DNA of 64,000 nt, taken from a virus. Position 1 is the stretch's first letter. Each line of letters opens with the position of its first letter. Both the position numbers and the translations under genes were made by a program. The stretch is taken from positions 18,373 through 82,372 of the IMG/VR virus record IMGVR_UViG_3300027747_002377; one strand, given 5' to 3'. The notes below the pieces were generated by a model, which ran no database searches, was not told where the DNA came from, and saw only the letters and a list, made by a program, of their open reading frames with translations. Shown piece by piece: positions 36,893 through 45,770 of this stretch.

Positions 36893-37770
36893 CGTCCTTG
36901 TCCAACTCCAGTGAGCATGTTGAGGAAGGCTTGAACTTTTTCGTTGGTGCTGCCGGTACGATCTTCTCCCATCTCAGGCTGAGCCACTTGAGCTGGTTGT
37001 TGCTGTTCTGGGTTCCACGCATTGGTGGCACCAAGTACCGGTTGTTGCATTGACCAAGGCATTGAGACAACGCCTTCTGGTTGGCCAGGTTGACGGATGC
37101 CTTGCTTCTGTATTACATCATAACCGGCTTGACCAGGGCGAACCTTAGCGGCTAGATCAGGGTGTGCCTGTGCCCATATCTGCATACCCAGTGCTTCTTT
37201 AGAGGGGCCTGCAACTGTGTTTGCGTATTGAGCCAGCTCAGATTTGTATTGATCGCTCTGTGACCAGTCAGGAGTTACTCCGTCCCTTGTTCCCATGATA
37301 ATGGGAGTAGGACCTGTTAGAGGTGCAGGCTGTTGGTTGGGAGCAGGAGTAAAAGCGCGGCCTGTGTAACCACCCATATTACCGCCGCCTAGGCTGCCAC
37401 CACCCGCACTACCTTCTCTGCCGGTACCGATTTGAGATGCCCTAGCTTTTGCTGCAAGAACTAGTTCATCGTGGGTATAGCCTCTGGGAAGACTAGAAAC
37501 ACCACCACCTGTGTACGGAAGGCGTCCACCAAAAATACTTTTACCTATATAATTTAATTCGTTTAATGCACCTCGACCAAGATCATTTGATTTTGTTGAA
37601 GGAATAGCCCGTAAGGATTGATCAAGTAAAGATCCGGTTTGTCCTTGCTTGAATAGCTCAGAACCTAAATATGTAGCTAATCCGTTACCCAACCCTTTAC
37701 CCAACGTACTTTTAAGTCTCCTGTAATGAGAGGTATCCCAATCAAATTGATCCATCTCTGCTTGATTCAT
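36889..37770 (-). CDS. Gly/Gln/Pro-rich hypothetical protein
   Basis: 293 aa; LGMQIWAQAHPDLA. Confidence 0.7.
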   Translation of the reverse strand: MNQAEMDQFDWDTSHYRRLKSTLGKGLGNGLATYLGSELFKQGQTGSLLDQSLRAIPSTKSNDLGRGALNELNYIGKSIFGGRLPYTGGGVSSLPRGYTHDELVLAAKARASQIGTGREGSAGGGSLGGGNMGGYTGRAFTPAPNQQPAPLTGPTPIIMGTRDGVTPDWSQSDQYKSELAQYANTVAGPSKEALGMQIWAQAHPDLAAKVRPGQAGYDVIQKQGIRQPGQPEGVVSMPWSMQQPVLGATNAWNPEQQQPAQVAQPEMGEDRTGSTNEKVQAFLNMLTGVGQGR

Positions 37771-37814
37771 CTCTGCACTTAGCTTTCTTACAATAATACT
37801 ATCTCAAAACTTTT

Positions 37815-38015
37815 TTGATGGAAGAAATTGTAGTTCAAAAATACGATAGCGGTGTCAAGATAATTCAAGCCCAGGATTCTAGGGGGCTAGATGTTTACCT
37901 TGTGTGCGGGGCCAAGGTGAATAGTTGTCGTTATTGCGATTCTTTTCATATAGCCCTTGCATATGCCAAAGAATTTGATGATGAAACACAGAAAGATTTG
38001 GAGGGGCAGCCCTGA
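37815..38015 (+). CDS. hypothetical protein
   Basis: 66 aa ORF. Confidence 0.55.
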   Translation: MMEEIVVQKYDSGVKIIQAQDSRGLDVYLVCGAKVNSCRYCDSFHIALAYAKEFDDETQKDLEGQP

Positions 38016-38061
38016 AATTGGTAGTACAACAGTTCTATAGGTGAGTTGATAGGGGTCGGAG

Positions 38062-38313
38062 ACTGTTAGACAGTTCCTTGCGCTGCAACGGGTTTCAGGG
38101 AAGGGTTTTGACCCTTTTGAAAAGGTGATGCCGCTGAAAACTCCTAATGAAGAAAAAAGGGTTACTGCCTAGCAGGCAGTAGTAGGGGTGTGAGGGTGTC
38201 TGCTAGTCAGTAACCCTTTTTTTCTCTATAAGAATTAATAGAGGCCGCAGTTTTTTGCGTTCTTCCAAGACGATCCTTGACATCCCTTGCAGCGCAGGCT
38301 ACTGTCTAACAGT
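38062..38313. repeat. nested long inverted repeat
   Basis: Outer ACTGTTAGACAGT..TGCGCTGCAA / TTGCAGCGCA..ACTGTCTAACAGT; inner 28-bp arms at 38151-38178 and 38197-38225. Confidence 0.85.
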
Positions 38314-38315
38314 AT

Positions 38316-39473
38316 TTGTCCCCTATCAACTTGCTCAACGCCAAAAAAACGGGTCAGTTCTTCGCTGACAGGGGTCTTGGTACCGAAGATTTGATCTGGC
38401 TACTGAAATGCACGAAACTCCTACGTGATCGCCTCCCTGGTGACCGTTGCTGGTGCCTGGACAAGATCAACCATCCGTTCTTCCATGGGTTTACACTCCA
38501 GGGGAGAGGGGCGCTCAAGGGGGCTCAGGGGGACGCTGATAAAGCCTCAGGCAAAAGACCCATGTATAGAGGCAGGGACGCCCGCTCCTTGATCCTGGCG
38601 ATCACAGGACGTTATGGAGAGCCTGGGAAGGTGGTTGTGCGTACCGCTGCCTGCGAATCTTTTTATTGCATCAATCCCACCCACTATTACTGGGGCACCA
38701 AGGGGGACGTTCAGTTGGAACGCCTAAGGCGCGGAGGAACTGACCTACCTAACGAGACGATCAAGCAGATCAGGGAAGCAAGGCAATCAAATGCTCAGAT
38801 CTATACCTACCAAAAACTGGCGGAAGAATTTGACCTTTCTTATAGCGTTATACGTGGGGTATGTACCAAGGGTAATTACCAGACGACAGAGGCGGCTGCA
38901 CAGGAAACTGTTATAGTGCCAGAGAAACTAGGTTTAAATATGGAAACCCTTGCAATTACTGAAGACGACACCATGGATTACTCAAGTATTGAGTGTATCT
39001 GGGGGCACAAGGGACGGTTTGGAATGATGGGTGAGTGCCTTGATTGCATGGATGAGATAGCCAAGGGGAAATGTGAAATAAATCTTAAATCTTTTGCCTT
39101 TGATAAGTACTGGACCGTACGCAGCTTCTGGGACAAAGTCAACATTCCTAAAGATCAGGACACAAAACAGTGTTGGTCATGGGGTGGGGGCAGGAAACCC
39201 AGCAATGAAACGGTTGCTTATATGCCAAGTCCATTCCACTCAGCCAAAGCTCAGACTGCTCCACGGGTGGCGTTCTGGGTAGCCCGAGGTTACACTGGCA
39301 AATACCGGATTCAACACGCCAACAAAGACTGTGAATCTGGTTGCTGCAATCCGACTCATCTAACCATTAAAGGGTTACAGTTAGTAGAGCAACCAGATAA
39401 ATTAACTGTCTACGATCTGTCCTATGGAAACATCTTTGAGCAAGTCAGGAAAGCCAGCGCAGAAACGAAGTGA
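38316..39473 (+). CDS. tandem His-Me finger (HNH-like) protein with HTH, degenerate active sites
   Basis: CW...CESFYCINPTH and CWSW...CESGCCNPTHL; YQKLAEEFDLSYSVIRGV. Confidence 0.65.
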   Translation: MSPINLLNAKKTGQFFADRGLGTEDLIWLLKCTKLLRDRLPGDRCWCLDKINHPFFHGFTLQGRGALKGAQGDADKASGKRPMYRGRDARSLILAITGRYGEPGKVVVRTAACESFYCINPTHYYWGTKGDVQLERLRRGGTDLPNETIKQIREARQSNAQIYTYQKLAEEFDLSYSVIRGVCTKGNYQTTEAAAQETVIVPEKLGLNMETLAITEDDTMDYSSIECIWGHKGRFGMMGECLDCMDEIAKGKCEINLKSFAFDKYWTVRSFWDKVNIPKDQDTKQCWSWGGGRKPSNETVAYMPSPFHSAKAQTAPRVAFWVARGYTGKYRIQHANKDCESGCCNPTHLTIKGLQLVEQPDKLTVYDLSYGNIFEQVRKASAETK

Positions 39474-39768
39474 AATACTGCGAACTTGTTATCATAGGGA
39501 AGACTTTAAGTGGATAGGTCTTGTAACAATTGGACCAGATAATTTCTGGACGACACCTAGCCCCAACAAAGAAGAAGTTGCAAGTGACCTGCGTTCACTT
39601 GAGAAGCAACTTAATTATGAATTGATTGAAACTGTTGAAATGGAAGGAGTATATCCTAAACGCGCTACAATAATAGAAGAAAAGTATCAAGCTAGTGGCA
39701 GGACCAACGGCTTGTACATAGGATTAAACCTGAAAAATGGCGAGATACTTAACGACACTACCAAGTAA
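39424..39768 (+). CDS. hypothetical protein
   Basis: 114 aa; SGRTNGLYIGL. Confidence 0.55.
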   Translation: METSLSKSGKPAQKRSEILRTCYHREDFKWIGLVTIGPDNFWTTPSPNKEEVASDLRSLEKQLNYELIETVEMEGVYPKRATIIEEKYQASGRTNGLYIGLNLKNGEILNDTTK

Positions 39769-40432
39769 TCTTGGTTACGTAAATCTTGGCACTGTCCAAG
39801 CTTACCCAACTGGTGGCACTGGGCCCACGGCTTATGGGCCTACCAGTTATTTCGGTAGTGATCCGCTTCCTCCACGGCCAGGGGACAACATCAATAACCC
39901 AGTTGACCTTGGGGACATTAGTACATTTGATTCACTTTTCAAAACACTTACGCTAACCAATACGCACGGCGGTTTAACTCGAATACAGACAACGTTCTAT
40001 AAAGTACGCCTTCTAAAGCCGCGTTCAATTCAATTTACACAGAACTACAGCCAAACTTCTTACGAATCAAAAACAAACAGAAACACTATAGTTTCAATTT
40101 ACTCTGTTGAGGATGGGAACCACAGAAGAGAATTACCAATTAACGACAATGGATACGTTTATACAACCTCAGCAATCCCTTATTCTGATTCGGACACCGA
40201 CATAATTGAAAGCCGTACGGCAGACTACCCAAACACAATTCTTCCAGAGGGGAATTATTTATTCTTAATCACAAACGACATCCGTTTTATTGAAACTACT
40301 TATTCAATCTCAATAATAATCTCATTAACTGACTGGCGTTATACGGATGAGCCAGTGGAGAAAGCTATTGACTTCGGTTCCATAACAGCCCCAGTGGATA
40401 CCTCTTTTGATTTCGGTGGTATAGCGGCATAA
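39737..40432 (+). CDS. putative virion structural protein
   Basis: 231 aa, T/S/N-rich; C-terminal DFGSIT..DFGGI. Confidence 0.65.
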   Translation: MARYLTTLPSNLGYVNLGTVQAYPTGGTGPTAYGPTSYFGSDPLPPRPGDNINNPVDLGDISTFDSLFKTLTLTNTHGGLTRIQTTFYKVRLLKPRSIQFTQNYSQTSYESKTNRNTIVSIYSVEDGNHRRELPINDNGYVYTTSAIPYSDSDTDIIESRTADYPNTILPEGNYLFLITNDIRFIETTYSISIIISLTDWRYTDEPVEKAIDFGSITAPVDTSFDFGGIAA

Positions 40433-40465
40433 GTGCTACACTATTAGCAGCAAACCGTCTGCACC

Positions 40466-40669
40466 GTGAAAGTCATTACTGTTGAGCAGTTTGAGCACGA
40501 TTTTGACGCCATAATGGATGACGTGTGTAGTAATTTAGAGCACTATAAAATACTTACGGAAGACTCTGCGGTTATGCTTATACCAGTAGCAGCTTATGAC
40601 TTTTTAAAAGACACGTACAAAGAATGGGTAAACGAATCAAAAACCGCCCCTGTTGAGGGCTTTGATTGA
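40466..40669 (+). CDS. Phd/YefM-like antitoxin-fold protein
   Basis: MKVITVEQFEHDFDAIMDDV...YKI.....VMLIP. Confidence 0.6.
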   Translation: MKVITVEQFEHDFDAIMDDVCSNLEHYKILTEDSAVMLIPVAAYDFLKDTYKEWVNESKTAPVEGFD

Positions 40670-40678
40670 TTTTATTTT

Positions 40679-41668
40679 TTAAGCAGTGGCGACGGCTGCT
40701 TTATCGGCGGCTTGTTTTTTAGCCAGGGTATCAAGATAGTCTTGAGAAGCGGTTGAAGGAAGTTTAAATTCGTCTTTTGGAGCTGCAGAGCCAGGCGTAG
40801 CACTGGTAGCGGCAGTAGAGCTTCCATCGGGTGCATAAAAATCACCAGCAGCTTCTCGCGTAAATTCTTTATTAGCGGCTAAAGCTTCTTGTTCTTTAGT
40901 ATCTGCCGAATAAACATGCTGCCCAGAAATAACGTTCATGTATCTTTGAACGTGTTTAGATCCTTCGGCACCTGGTGTTTTAAGTGCACGACCTAGTACG
41001 CCTTCACGTACGTAACCTCCTTTTTGTGCAGACTCAATTTCACCGGGATCAGAAGTAAGAAGATAATCATTAAAATCGCCCCTTCGCAATCTAACTATAT
41101 CAACTGCGTCAGGAGATTTATCTTCTTGTCCGAAAAGTTTAAAGGCTTCACCTTCTTTGGTCCATCCAGTTCGTTGAGCAGCTGCTGCTTCATCAGCGTT
41201 TTCTATATATACGTGAGCACCAGTAAGTGGGTTAAGTAGCCTATTTATTTGTTTAGAAGAAGAAGAAGCTGCCGGTGTAGATGCAGTAGCAGCGGTAGCA
41301 GCAGCAACATCTCTTTTTTTATTTACAGCCTCAACATAATCTTTTTGTGCTTCACTTGTAATACCTGTCCAAGTTGAACGTGCTGTTTTCCAAGGATCGA
41401 CACCACCGGTATTAGCTGAGGTATATTTATCAGCAATTGGAAGGGATGACAGGTAATTAGCAGCTTCTCCGGCCTGCCTACCACGTTCACGAGCAGCTTG
41501 TTCTTCTGGCGTACCGTATATTTGGTATCTACGATTTCGAAACTCTTCTGTTTCTGATTTAATTTTAGCTTTTAACTCAGCGCTACGTTGAAAGTCTGCT
41601 TCAGGAATTACAGAAGTGTAAAGCTTGGGGGCAGCTGGTGCTGGCAAAAAGCCGTATGTCGTGGCCAT
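40679..41668 (-). CDS. Ala-rich protein with DUF5648-like repeats
   Basis: Three R-x-x-N..G.H.Y...E repeats ending GW.KEG / GY.REG. Confidence 0.65.
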   Translation of the reverse strand: MATTYGFLPAPAAPKLYTSVIPEADFQRSAELKAKIKSETEEFRNRRYQIYGTPEEQAARERGRQAGEAANYLSSLPIADKYTSANTGGVDPWKTARSTWTGITSEAQKDYVEAVNKKRDVAAATAATASTPAASSSSKQINRLLNPLTGAHVYIENADEAAAAQRTGWTKEGEAFKLFGQEDKSPDAVDIVRLRRGDFNDYLLTSDPGEIESAQKGGYVREGVLGRALKTPGAEGSKHVQRYMNVISGQHVYSADTKEQEALAANKEFTREAAGDFYAPDGSSTAATSATPGSAAPKDEFKLPSTASQDYLDTLAKKQAADKAAVATA

Positions 41669-42073
41669 AACCTTTTATTTTTTTACGTGAAACTCTATAC
41701 TGATCTTACTACCAATAAATTGAGCCAGGTGCTGGATCCCTACAACCCCCAAGGGGCCGAGAACGATGATCAAAAAAAGCTCGGCGTAGGTAATGGGCCT
41801 TTTCATGAGGAGGAAGTTTTGCAGTACATGGTCCAGTTTAACGAACTATTGGCCAGTATGTCTACAAAGGTTATGTACTCGTTAATGACTTGGCAGCAAA
41901 AGCAGGTAGCGAAGTCCTGGTGGGAGGCCTGTAATTACGGCGGTAAGCCTAAGCCAGGTGATTTAAAACACATGGAAGACAGACGCAAATATTATGAGTG
42001 GGTTTTACGGTTGGACCATATAAGACAGTGGGAATTTGCGCTAAAAAACGTTAAGATACCGGCAGAACCGTAA
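41588..42073 (+). CDS. hypothetical protein (true start probably downstream, about 41720-41830)
   Basis: ORF; 5' part overlaps the minus-strand gene. Confidence 0.55.
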   Translation: MKVCFRNYRSVKLGGSWCWQKAVCRGHNLLFFYVKLYTDLTTNKLSQVLDPYNPQGAENDDQKKLGVGNGPFHEEEVLQYMVQFNELLASMSTKVMYSLMTWQQKQVAKSWWEACNYGGKPKPGDLKHMEDRRKYYEWVLRLDHIRQWEFALKNVKIPAEP

Positions 42074-42083
42074 AATTTCTTTC

Positions 42084-42671
42084 ATGTTGTCGGACATCTG
42101 GCTTGAAGAGGAGATACCTGTAAGTCCGAACAAGGCTGCCGCTCCTATTGACCCTAATAAATACGTTAGTTATAGGTTCAACGGGCTTGATATACCTGAG
42201 GTAACCATAGAAAACCATGAAGAAAAGCTGGTACCGTCCCTGGCAAGACAGGTAGAAATGTTTTTACCGCCCTCAGGAAGCTTTGAGGAGGCTGATTTAA
42301 GGCGTTACCTAGAGCTTGTGCGTAGCTATGAGACCTCTACAAACGACCTTGTACTTGGGCTTTCATTGGCAGATCAAATACGCATATGTTTTAGCGACAT
42401 GGTGCCAGCAAAGATCTGTTCTAAGTTTCCTGACATCGATCTAGCCACAAAACGCAGGTATCGGTGCGTTGCTGAGTACCTTATACGCCAGGAGGAACTG
42501 ATCAAGATGAGGGATACATCAGGAAAACTGATAAAAGAAGTAGGCAACCTTGGGAAAATGGTAGTAATCTATCGTCCACTGCCAAAAATAAGGGAAACCT
42601 TAAGGCGTTCAGGTCTAGCTAACTTCATTAAGCCTTCGCCAAGGGAGCAGGCAGAGCAAGCCGTACAATAA
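42084..42671 (+). CDS. hypothetical protein, possible winged helix
   Basis: 195 aa. Confidence 0.7.
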   Translation: MLSDIWLEEEIPVSPNKAAAPIDPNKYVSYRFNGLDIPEVTIENHEEKLVPSLARQVEMFLPPSGSFEEADLRRYLELVRSYETSTNDLVLGLSLADQIRICFSDMVPAKICSKFPDIDLATKRRYRCVAEYLIRQEELIKMRDTSGKLIKEVGNLGKMVVIYRPLPKIRETLRRSGLANFIKPSPREQAEQAVQ

Positions 42672-42742
42672 TTTTCAAGGTATCCGAATCAATTTTTTCT
42701 TTTTTCTTGCTATCATCTTAAACAACCACACTTAAACAGCAT

Positions 42743-43150
42743 ATGACTAACTACAAAGCAAAGAAACTATCAAAGCTACTGGGAACAGCTTCGACCCAGA
42801 CGGAACGCTTGATGGCAGAGCTTGCCGTTGAAAGGGTTTGCGATGATATGTGTGATTTTTACGATAGGTTCTACTTCTTTGAGGGGCCAGGTGCAATGGT
42901 GTACGTGCCGATGGCCAAGGAAGAAAAAGATACTATGTTCTACATGACTGTTGCTGCGCTTATTGCAGCCAAAGCAGACTTTGAAAGTAAAGATATGGAT
43001 GGACTTGCCGAAGTAATGCGTAAGGCGATTGTTAAGGCGGAAGCCCTTGATCAAGAGAAGGAAGCTTTATTCATTATTCAGGATCCAGAGCACATGTCCC
43101 TGCTCCACTACAACCGTCAGAAGGGTGCGTCTGGGTTTGCTATGGCATGA
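42743..43150 (+). CDS. hypothetical protein
   Basis: 135 aa; TGCTATCAT upstream. Confidence 0.7.
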   Translation: MTNYKAKKLSKLLGTASTQTERLMAELAVERVCDDMCDFYDRFYFFEGPGAMVYVPMAKEEKDTMFYMTVAALIAAKADFESKDMDGLAEVMRKAIVKAEALDQEKEALFIIQDPEHMSLLHYNRQKGASGFAMA

Positions 43151-43767
43151 GTTACTACAAAAACCTACCTCGATACCTATTCCTCACCAGGATCTTAAGG
43201 ATAGAGGAGGACTGGTTAACTCCTGTTGAGTATTTACCATATATTTATGCATTGCTTGGTGACATTGACCTTGATCCATGCACAACAGAGCATGCAAACA
43301 AAGAGTACCTACGCGCAAAGAAAATATACACATTGAAAGAAGACGGGCTAAATACCCATGAACCTTGGCTTGGTAAGACTTATTTATTCCCTCCAACATA
43401 TGGACGTTGTTCTTTCAGTAAAGAGCGTGGAACCTGGAGGTGGGGATTAAAGGGCGGCCATAGGGGTAAATCCCCTTCTGTTGTATGGTTTAATCGTTTA
43501 GAAAAAGAGTGGAAGCTTCGGAATGTATCTGAGGCTTTACTTTTTTCTACGAGCCACGAAATATTAAGAAGCTGCCCTACGCTTTGGGATTACCCAGTTT
43601 GTATACCAAAAGATCGAGCCAGGTTGATACACGGAAGACTTATGTGTACACTTGGGGCACCGTTCACGTGGGGTTTCTTTGTTTATTTACCTGGGACAGA
43701 CCTTGGGTTTAATCAAGTAGACAGGTTTAAAGAAATTTTTTCCCACATAGGAAAAGTTATCTGTTAA
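43147..43767 (+). CDS. phage Dam-like N6-adenine methyltransferase homolog, atypical catalytic motif
   Basis: WLTP, IDLDPC, YTLKEDGL, PWLG; FPPTY in place of NPPY. Confidence 0.65.
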   Translation: MSYYKNLPRYLFLTRILRIEEDWLTPVEYLPYIYALLGDIDLDPCTTEHANKEYLRAKKIYTLKEDGLNTHEPWLGKTYLFPPTYGRCSFSKERGTWRWGLKGGHRGKSPSVVWFNRLEKEWKLRNVSEALLFSTSHEILRSCPTLWDYPVCIPKDRARLIHGRLMCTLGAPFTWGFFVYLPGTDLGFNQVDRFKEIFSHIGKVIC

Positions 43768-44011
43768 ACAGAGGGGCACGGAAGGCATTCTTAAAGCCGT
43801 AGGTACTGTCTCCAGGGCCAGATATAACAAAACGATTATCTTCTCTGCGCTCAGGGGTTATATTTTGCTCATTTGCGTCCTTACTTTTTTCTATATACTC
43901 TTTTAAAAAACGCTTACCAGAAATATTATCCGAGACATTTGAACCATTGGGCCCATCTGTTTCCTGGTACCTGTTATCAACGTCGTAGTCCTGACTTGTT
44001 TGTAATTTCAT
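43757..44011 (-). CDS. hypothetical protein (FLxxYI motif)
   Basis: 84 aa. Confidence 0.6.
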   Translation of the reverse strand: MKLQTSQDYDVDNRYQETDGPNGSNVSDNISGKRFLKEYIEKSKDANEQNITPERREDNRFVISGPGDSTYGFKNAFRAPLFNR

Positions 44012-44041
44012 GCTAATATTTGGGCAGCTACCTGCACTGAC

Positions 44042-44398
44042 ATGATTACTTTCCAGTCTACCCCAGCTGAAGACACCATTTTTTTTGGCGCAAGCAAGTC
44101 AAACAATTACTTTTCTGACAACAATTTTTGGTTTGATCAGGACAGCTCATTTACTTGTGCGCCTGCTAGTACGTCAAGTGATCGGATCAATTCGCCTACA
44201 CACTACAATAAAGACGAGGACATTGAGTGCATAGAAGCAATTAAGGCTGCACTAGGTACAGAGAAATTCCGTGGTTTTTGCCAAGGCAATGCAATCAAGT
44301 ATCTGTGGCGTGCTGACCATAAGAACGATACGGTTGAGGACCTAAAAAAATGCCGTTGGTATCTTGATCGTTTGATTGCATCGCACGAAAATATTTAA
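44042..44398 (+). CDS. DUF3310 (SaV / T7 gp1.7-like) protein
   Basis: INSPTHY, IECIEAI, GNAIKYLWR, EDLKKCRWYL. Confidence 0.85.
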   Translation: MITFQSTPAEDTIFFGASKSNNYFSDNNFWFDQDSSFTCAPASTSSDRINSPTHYNKDEDIECIEAIKAALGTEKFRGFCQGNAIKYLWRADHKNDTVEDLKKCRWYLDRLIASHENI

Positions 44399-45141
44399 AT
44401 GGTTTTACTGGAACCGAGGCCACCTTGTTCTTGGTTCCAGTATCGCCAAAATCTACGTAAGGTTTCCTGGGAAGGATCAAACTCAAGGAGTTTACGCTCT
44501 AAGTATTCAATTGCCTTAACTTGATTTGGTGTACCAAGATAACTTTCTCCAATATTAAGCAAACATTGATTAAGTTGGCACTTGTGCTCAAAGAATAAAG
44601 GTACTTTCTTGTCTGCCGCCAGGAAAAGATTAAGTTCTACGCGTCTACGGTTCATTAACTTTTCACCTGCGTTTAGATAACAAGGATTAATCAGGGGACT
44701 CCACTCCTTAATAATGGCCTTCTTACTGGCAAATGTATTTATTAACTCCAGCAAATAAGAATTTTTAAATGCGGCAAGTCCGACACTATGCGCATAACTT
44801 AGTACAGCTGCTTTCTTTTTATCGTTTAAATTAACAAATACATATTCTTGAACTTGTTTTGAAAACCCTTTGAGGTCTTCTACTAATTGTTTATTTACTT
44901 CTTCTGTGGTTGCCTTAGTAAAAAAATTAACCGCACGTTTATTTATGCGACAACTTTCGTATCCAATCTTATAGCAGTCATCTCCTTCATTCTTGTACGA
45001 ACCAAAACGCCCAAAACCTAAGTAGATTCTGGGCGTTGCGTAACGTTGAATTACATTTATTCCGTCTTGATTTAAGAACGGCGGAAAAACTTCCTCAGGG
45101 GACGACGACGCTGCCGTTGTAGCTGACTTCCGAGTAACCAT
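44395..45141 (-). CDS. GH24 lysozyme-like protein lacking the catalytic triad
   Basis: GINVIQRYA..YKN..YKIGY, LNDKKKAAVLSY..VG..AF..S.LL..IN, LMNRRRVE.NLF. Confidence 0.65.
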   Translation of the reverse strand: MVTRKSATTAASSSPEEVFPPFLNQDGINVIQRYATPRIYLGFGRFGSYKNEGDDCYKIGYESCRINKRAVNFFTKATTEEVNKQLVEDLKGFSKQVQEYVFVNLNDKKKAAVLSYAHSVGLAAFKNSYLLELINTFASKKAIIKEWSPLINPCYLNAGEKLMNRRRVELNLFLAADKKVPLFFEHKCQLNQCLLNIGESYLGTPNQVKAIEYLERKLLEFDPSQETLRRFWRYWNQEQGGLGSSKTI

Positions 45142-45484
45142 CTAGCTCCAGGAGAACAATGTAATCCTTGCTTGCATTGGTTACGTTAACAGCAACTACA
45201 CCTTTGCCGCGACCATCTTTCACGATGTTAGCATAAACTTTGTAGCCAGATGGAGCACTAGACCCAGTATAAGCGTCTTCTTGGAAGATTTCCATCGTGT
45301 TAACACCGACGCTACGGTCAATGGTTACGATCAGATTTCCTGTGCTAGCTGGGTTTACACGGAAGCCACGAATGTTTAGGCCAGGGGTTGAAGAGGCTGT
45401 GGTTGTTCCTTGGTAAACAACTTCACTGCCAGCATTGACAAAAAAAGTATCAAGCGTTCCTTTGATAGTACGAGTAACAGCCAT
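45095..45484 (-). CDS. putative virion structural protein
   Basis: 129 aa, beta-rich. Confidence 0.65.
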   Translation of the reverse strand: MAVTRTIKGTLDTFFVNAGSEVVYQGTTTASSTPGLNIRGFRVNPASTGNLIVTIDRSVGVNTMEIFQEDAYTGSSAPSGYKVYANIVKDGRGKGVVAVNVTNASKDYIVLLELDGYSEVSYNGSVVVP

Positions 45485-45489
45485 GGCAA

Positions 45490-45711
45490 TTAAGAGAGTT
45501 GGCTCCCAGTAAGGTAGTTAAATTTAATTTCGGCATCGATGCCGTGTTCTTTCATAATACTGAAGAACATTTGTTTATCCATCATTTTTTGATGGAGCAT
45601 GTCCATAAATGCCTCTTCCAGTTCATCCCGGTCGAGTTGTTTCAGACTCAGCGCCGCAGCGTGCAGAGCAAACTCTTCATCTATGGGTAGCTCTAAAGCA
45701 TTGGCTTCCAT
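45490..45711 (-). CDS. nblA: NblA-like phycobilisome degradation protein
   Basis: ELPIDEEFAL...LKQLDRDELEEAF.DM.HQ.MM.KQMF..IMK matches the NblA LSLEQQF...MS.EQ....L..Q.M pattern. Confidence 0.6.
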   Translation of the reverse strand: MEANALELPIDEEFALHAAALSLKQLDRDELEEAFMDMLHQKMMDKQMFFSIMKEHGIDAEIKFNYLTGSQLS

Positions 45712-45770
45712 TTGTTGTCCAATCCATACTGTTATCTTAGCAGTTCTAAGTTATGCCGTCACCCCTACCG

